NCBI GenBank assembly: GCA_965223005.1
Contig: CBDCVK010000010.1
Coordinates: 768,001 to 832,000, forward strand
Direction: 5' to 3'
Origin: Terriglobia bacterium
Lineage (GTDB): Bacteria; Acidobacteriota; Terriglobia; JAJPHL01; JAPKYU01
DNA: 64,000 nucleotides
The notes beneath the pieces were generated by a model. The model was not told where the DNA came from and ran no database searches. It was given only the letters and a program-made list of their open reading frames with translations. Below, piece after piece: positions 60,130-64,000 of the stretch (position 1 is the first letter of the stretch; every line of letters starts with the position of its first letter). Position numbers and translations under genes: made by a program.

Positions 60130-61173
60130 CTAGGCGCGGTGAGGATTTCGGCGAGCAGCTGTATCGCTCAGCGTGAGGCAGGTCTGGGAGATGCGGTCAT
60201 GCCAGCTAAGCCCGTCTTCGTCAACGGCCGCCCACAAGAACCCAACGCCCAGGCTAGCTGTGCTGGCCAGCAGGCCCAGGAGTCGCGCAAGGCGCAGCTC
60301 GCGGTGGGCCGGAAGCCCATCCAGGTCTACCAGCCGAAGACCTATCCAGCGCATGCCCGGAGTCGCGCCGGAAAAATACAAGAACAGGGCCATGTAGCTG
60401 AGCGCCAGAAAGGCCAGACCGGCCCCAAGGGCGAACAAGGCGATATGCTGGAGCGGGAATTTTCCACCCAGTAGGGCGTAGACAGCAATAAACAAGGCGT
60501 AGCCGCCGACCAGCACACTAGCATCGGCCACCCCGGCCAGCATCCGGGCAACTAGCGGTGCCACCGGGAAACTGGCCGGTTTCGACGGTGATGGGAGTGG
60601 TTCGGGAAATCTCAGTGACCCCTGGGATAAAGAAGGAACTGGCGCTTGGGAACGGTGGATTGGCGGGGCGCCCGGCCTCGAGGAAGCCTGTGATTTGGAC
60701 CGCCCTTCGGAGGGCGCCCCCTTCGTCGGCAATGGTTCTCTGGACTGCGGGAGTGAAGTCCGGGGGCCGCCGGATCTGGTCTCAAACGGAATGACCCTGC
60801 GCAGCTGCTCGGGAGGGAACCGGCGGGCAGGTGAGCCTGCGGCGCCCGGCGCGGGTTCCCGGCTGTCGAAATTTAGCGGAAGGCTTTGCTGGGCCCGGCG
60901 ACGCTCGCGAAAGCGTTCTAGGCGGTAGGAGACTTCTTCCTGCCACGGGTTTGGAGTCGCAGCCAACGCGCCCTGGGATGAGCACGAGGCAGTTCCGACG
61001 GCTGATGAGCGAGGCGGCGGCGCAGCAGACGCTCCGGCCCGCGCCGCCTCATCCATTGGGGCCTCGTTTACACTAACGGGCCGTTGGTTCTCGGCGGCAA
61101 ACCGCCGGCCACATCGTTCGCAGCGGTATTCACTCTCATCGCTCGGATACCCGCAGCAGGAACAAAGAATCAC
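60130..61173 (-). CDS. zinc-ribbon + RDD family membrane protein
   Basis: CSCCG...CERCG, disordered linker, RMLAGVAD, ATPGMRWIGLRL, WHDRISQT. Confidence 0.8.
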   Translation of the reverse strand: MILCSCCGYPSDESEYRCERCGRRFAAENQRPVSVNEAPMDEAARAGASAAPPPRSSAVGTASCSSQGALAATPNPWQEEVSYRLERFRERRRAQQSLPLNFDSREPAPGAAGSPARRFPPEQLRRVIPFETRSGGPRTSLPQSREPLPTKGAPSEGRSKSQASSRPGAPPIHRSQAPVPSLSQGSLRFPEPLPSPSKPASFPVAPLVARMLAGVADASVLVGGYALFIAVYALLGGKFPLQHIALFALGAGLAFLALSYMALFLYFSGATPGMRWIGLRLVDLDGLPAHRELRLARLLGLLASTASLGVGFLWAAVDEDGLSWHDRISQTCLTLSDTAARRNPHRA

Positions 61174-61268
61174 TTTGGAAAAATCACTTTCGCTTATCGC
61201 CCTCTGAGCGAGAAAAAAGCTGCAACTTGCGCCTCTCACATGGGCGATGCTAAGGTGTCTTTCACGTC

Positions 61269-63764
61269 ATGAGGGCCCAAGGGAGGCCAGGCGAGGCCGC
61301 TACGCAATCCCGCCTATGGTGTAGCACAGCGATTGTTGCGTGTCAGTTGCTTTTGGCCGGAAGTTGGACGGGTGTGCTTGCGCAGTCACCGGTCCCGGCC
61401 GTGCCAACAAGGGCGACGCAGAAGACCCCTCCGCCACCGCCGGAAGAATTTGGCGCCCGCCCCGACGGTGACGAGTTGGTGCGCATCACTGCGGACCGGC
61501 AGGAGAAATCCGGACATCTGTACCACCTACGGGGAAATGTTGAGATCCGGCTCCGGGATATGCGTCTGACTGCCGATGAAGTGGACTACGAAGAATCCAG
61601 CGGGGACCTCGACGCCCGGGGCAACGTGCGGTTCCAGCGGGAGGCCAACCAGGAAGACATTCACGCCAGCACGGCGCGCTACAACCTCACGACGGAACGG
61701 GGGGAGTTTCACAAGGTCCGTGGCACCAGCGGCGCACCCCCGACCGGCCCGCAGACTCGGGTGCTGACCACCACCAACCCCTACTACTTCGAGGCGCGCC
61801 GCGTCGAGAAGGTCGGCGACAACACCTACATCCTCTACGACGGCTTACTGACTTCCTGCCTGCCGCCCGCCCCCATCTGGAACTTCACCGGCAGTCGGGC
61901 CAAGATCCGGCCTGGCGAAGATGTCGTCATCTACAACGGCTTCGTCAAGGTGAGGAACAAAATTCCGTTCTTCTTTTCTCCCATTTTTTATCATTCCCTG
62001 AAGCGCATTCCACGCCGTTCCGGTTTCTTAACGCCGAATATCGGTAACTCCTCGCGCAAAGGGAAAGTAGTGGGTGAATCATTCTACTGGGCCATCAACC
62101 GGAGCGCCGACGCGGAGTTGGGTGCGGAATATTACAGTAAGCGCGGCTGGGCGCAACGGGGCACTTTGCGGATGCGCCCCCATGTGGGCACCAACCTCAC
62201 CGCCAGCTATTTCGGGGTGGTGGACCGCGGGCTGAAGTTGCCTGATGGGAGTCGTCTTCAGCAGGGCGGCCGCACGCTGCTGGTCACCGGCACCAGCGAG
62301 TTGCCGCGAGGATTCCGAGCGGTGGCGGATTTCAATTACCTCAGTTCATTCAAGTTCCGGCAGGCCTTCACGGAAGCCTACCTGGATGCGGTCAATACCG
62401 ATGTGCACAGCACCGCATTCATTTCCAACAATTTCGGGGGGTTCAGCTTCAATGCTCGATCGTTTCGGTTCCAGAATTTCCAGAGTTTCACGGGGCGTCA
62501 GCCCGGAGACCGTATGGAAATTCGAAGCCTGCCCGGGGTGGAATTCAACAGCCGGGAGCAACCACTGTTCGGGCCGAAATCACGAGGGCGTCGCTGGCCG
62601 CTTTATTTTTCCTTTGACGCGGCAGCCGAAGCTCTCAGCCGGGTCGAGCCGCGCTCGGAGAGTGCAGATAGCAGGATTACGACAGGCGCGGTGAGCCGCT
62701 TCGATTTTTACCCGCGGATTTCCGCTCCGCTCAACTGGAAAGGGTTCCACCTGCTGGCCTCTTACGGCGTTCGGGCAACCCACTACGGCGCCCGCCTGCG
62801 CCAGGGCCAGGTGTCCCACGAGGATTTTCAACGCACCACCCAGGAGCTCGACTTGGACCTGCGCCCTCCTTCGCTCCAGCGGGTGTTCGCTTCGCCCTGG
62901 AGCTTCTTGGGGGAGCGGATCAAGCACGTCGTGGAGCCGCAGGTCCGCTTCCGCCTGGTGGAGGGCGTCAACCAGTTCAACGACATCCTCCGCTTTGATG
63001 AGCGCGATCTCGTTGTCGACACACGCGAGATGGAGTACGGCCTGACCCACCGCCTATTCAGCAAGCACTCCGACGGGCGAGTGCGAGAGGTGTTCGCCTG
63101 GGAGCTGAAGCAGCGCTATTTCTTCGACCCCACCTTTGGCGGCGCCTTGGTTCCCGGCAAGCGCAACGTGTTCAGATCCACGCTGGACTTGACCGGTTAC
63201 GCCTTCCTGGACGGCCGTCGCCGTTTCTCTCCCATTACTTCACTGGTGCGGTTCATGCCGGCATGGAATTTCGGTACGGAACTGCGTGCCGACTTTGATC
63301 CCGACCGGGGCCGCTTCGTAAATACGGGCGTCACCGTGAACTTGCGCAAGGGGAACGCTTTCGCTTCCCTCAGTGACTTCTTCGTGAATAGCACCCCCGA
63401 ATTACGAGGCTGCCCTGGCGCAACAGGCCAACTGGATCTTGGCTCTGGACCGCCAACTGGTGATGACTGCCCTGAGTCACTGCTGATGTCTTCCAACCAG
63501 CTCCGGGGAATGCTCGGCTACGGCTTTCCCAACCGGCGCGGCTTCAACGTGGGCGGCACCTTCGTCTATGACCTGCGACAGGAGCTGATGCCGTATTTCA
63601 GCGTGCAGGCCAACTATAATTTCGACTGCTGCGGCCTCAGCTTCGAATTCCGGCGCTTCCAGTTCGGGCAGACGGTGCGTGATGAACGGCAGTTCCGGGT
63701 GGCGATCACCTTTGCCAACATTGGCAGCTTCGGCAACTTGAAGAAGCGGGAACGGATGTTTTAG
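61269..63764 (+). CDS. lptD: LPS-assembly protein LptD
   Basis: OstA-like N-terminus (ITADRQE, LTADEVDY), TSC, RRSGFLTPNIG, FYWAINRSAD and a beta-barrel with C-terminal DCC. Confidence 0.9.
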   Translation: MRAQGRPGEAATQSRLWCSTAIVACQLLLAGSWTGVLAQSPVPAVPTRATQKTPPPPPEEFGARPDGDELVRITADRQEKSGHLYHLRGNVEIRLRDMRLTADEVDYEESSGDLDARGNVRFQREANQEDIHASTARYNLTTERGEFHKVRGTSGAPPTGPQTRVLTTTNPYYFEARRVEKVGDNTYILYDGLLTSCLPPAPIWNFTGSRAKIRPGEDVVIYNGFVKVRNKIPFFFSPIFYHSLKRIPRRSGFLTPNIGNSSRKGKVVGESFYWAINRSADAELGAEYYSKRGWAQRGTLRMRPHVGTNLTASYFGVVDRGLKLPDGSRLQQGGRTLLVTGTSELPRGFRAVADFNYLSSFKFRQAFTEAYLDAVNTDVHSTAFISNNFGGFSFNARSFRFQNFQSFTGRQPGDRMEIRSLPGVEFNSREQPLFGPKSRGRRWPLYFSFDAAAEALSRVEPRSESADSRITTGAVSRFDFYPRISAPLNWKGFHLLASYGVRATHYGARLRQGQVSHEDFQRTTQELDLDLRPPSLQRVFASPWSFLGERIKHVVEPQVRFRLVEGVNQFNDILRFDERDLVVDTREMEYGLTHRLFSKHSDGRVREVFAWELKQRYFFDPTFGGALVPGKRNVFRSTLDLTGYAFLDGRRRFSPITSLVRFMPAWNFGTELRADFDPDRGRFVNTGVTVNLRKGNAFASLSDFFVNSTPELRGCPGATGQLDLGSGPPTGDDCPESLLMSSNQLRGMLGYGFPNRRGFNVGGTFVYDLRQELMPYFSVQANYNFDCCGLSFEFRRFQFGQTVRDERQFRVAITFANIGSFGNLKKRERMF

Positions 63765-64000
63765 ACCGGCACCCGGCAGCATACACCCACAGCCCCCGCA
63801 TTGCTTGGGTGCTTGAAGGAATCCCAAGCCCATTGCTTGCGCCTCAACACACCTTCAACACTAGCCTTCCGCGCACGCGCGAGGAAGATACCCCGTGCTA
63901 CACTCGTCCGGTTCCATCTGGCCCCCTAGGCTCTCATCATGTCGTCCCCGGCGGGATTGCTTCCATGCACCTTTGGTTGTTCACACTGAAGTGTTCCCCG

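Overview
GC-rich bacterial chromosome segment, most likely Acidobacteriota (inferred from a TIGR03437-like domain, an SgmX-like TPR gene and gene order). It contains the replication-origin cluster dnaN-oriC-dnaA / rpmH-rnpA-yidD-yidC-jag-mnmE, with mnmG at the left edge, plus housekeeping and envelope genes (purD/purE, mltG, ruvX, thiE, cobA-hemD, trpS, truB, lptD). An accessory tract of about 29.7-46.1 kb ends at an initiator tRNA-Met (46138-46214, minus) whose last 45 bp are duplicated at 39547-39591. That tract holds a UGA-interrupted DUF3179 selenoprotein candidate, a sugar ABC operon, an IS3 element that has removed the catalytic N-terminus of a large serine recombinase, an internally deleted integron-integrase relic, and a DUF1501 + PSD1/cytochrome c pair. 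The ORF track misses several things: rpmH, a CTG-start CPCC protein, three single-base frameshifts, two apparent pseudo-enzymes (GlpX-like and S41-like), a candidate TIMP-like/matrixin gene pair and recurrent 7/14-bp-period intergenic repeats. No complete new system can be proven from sequence alone. All family calls come from motif recognition, not database searches.
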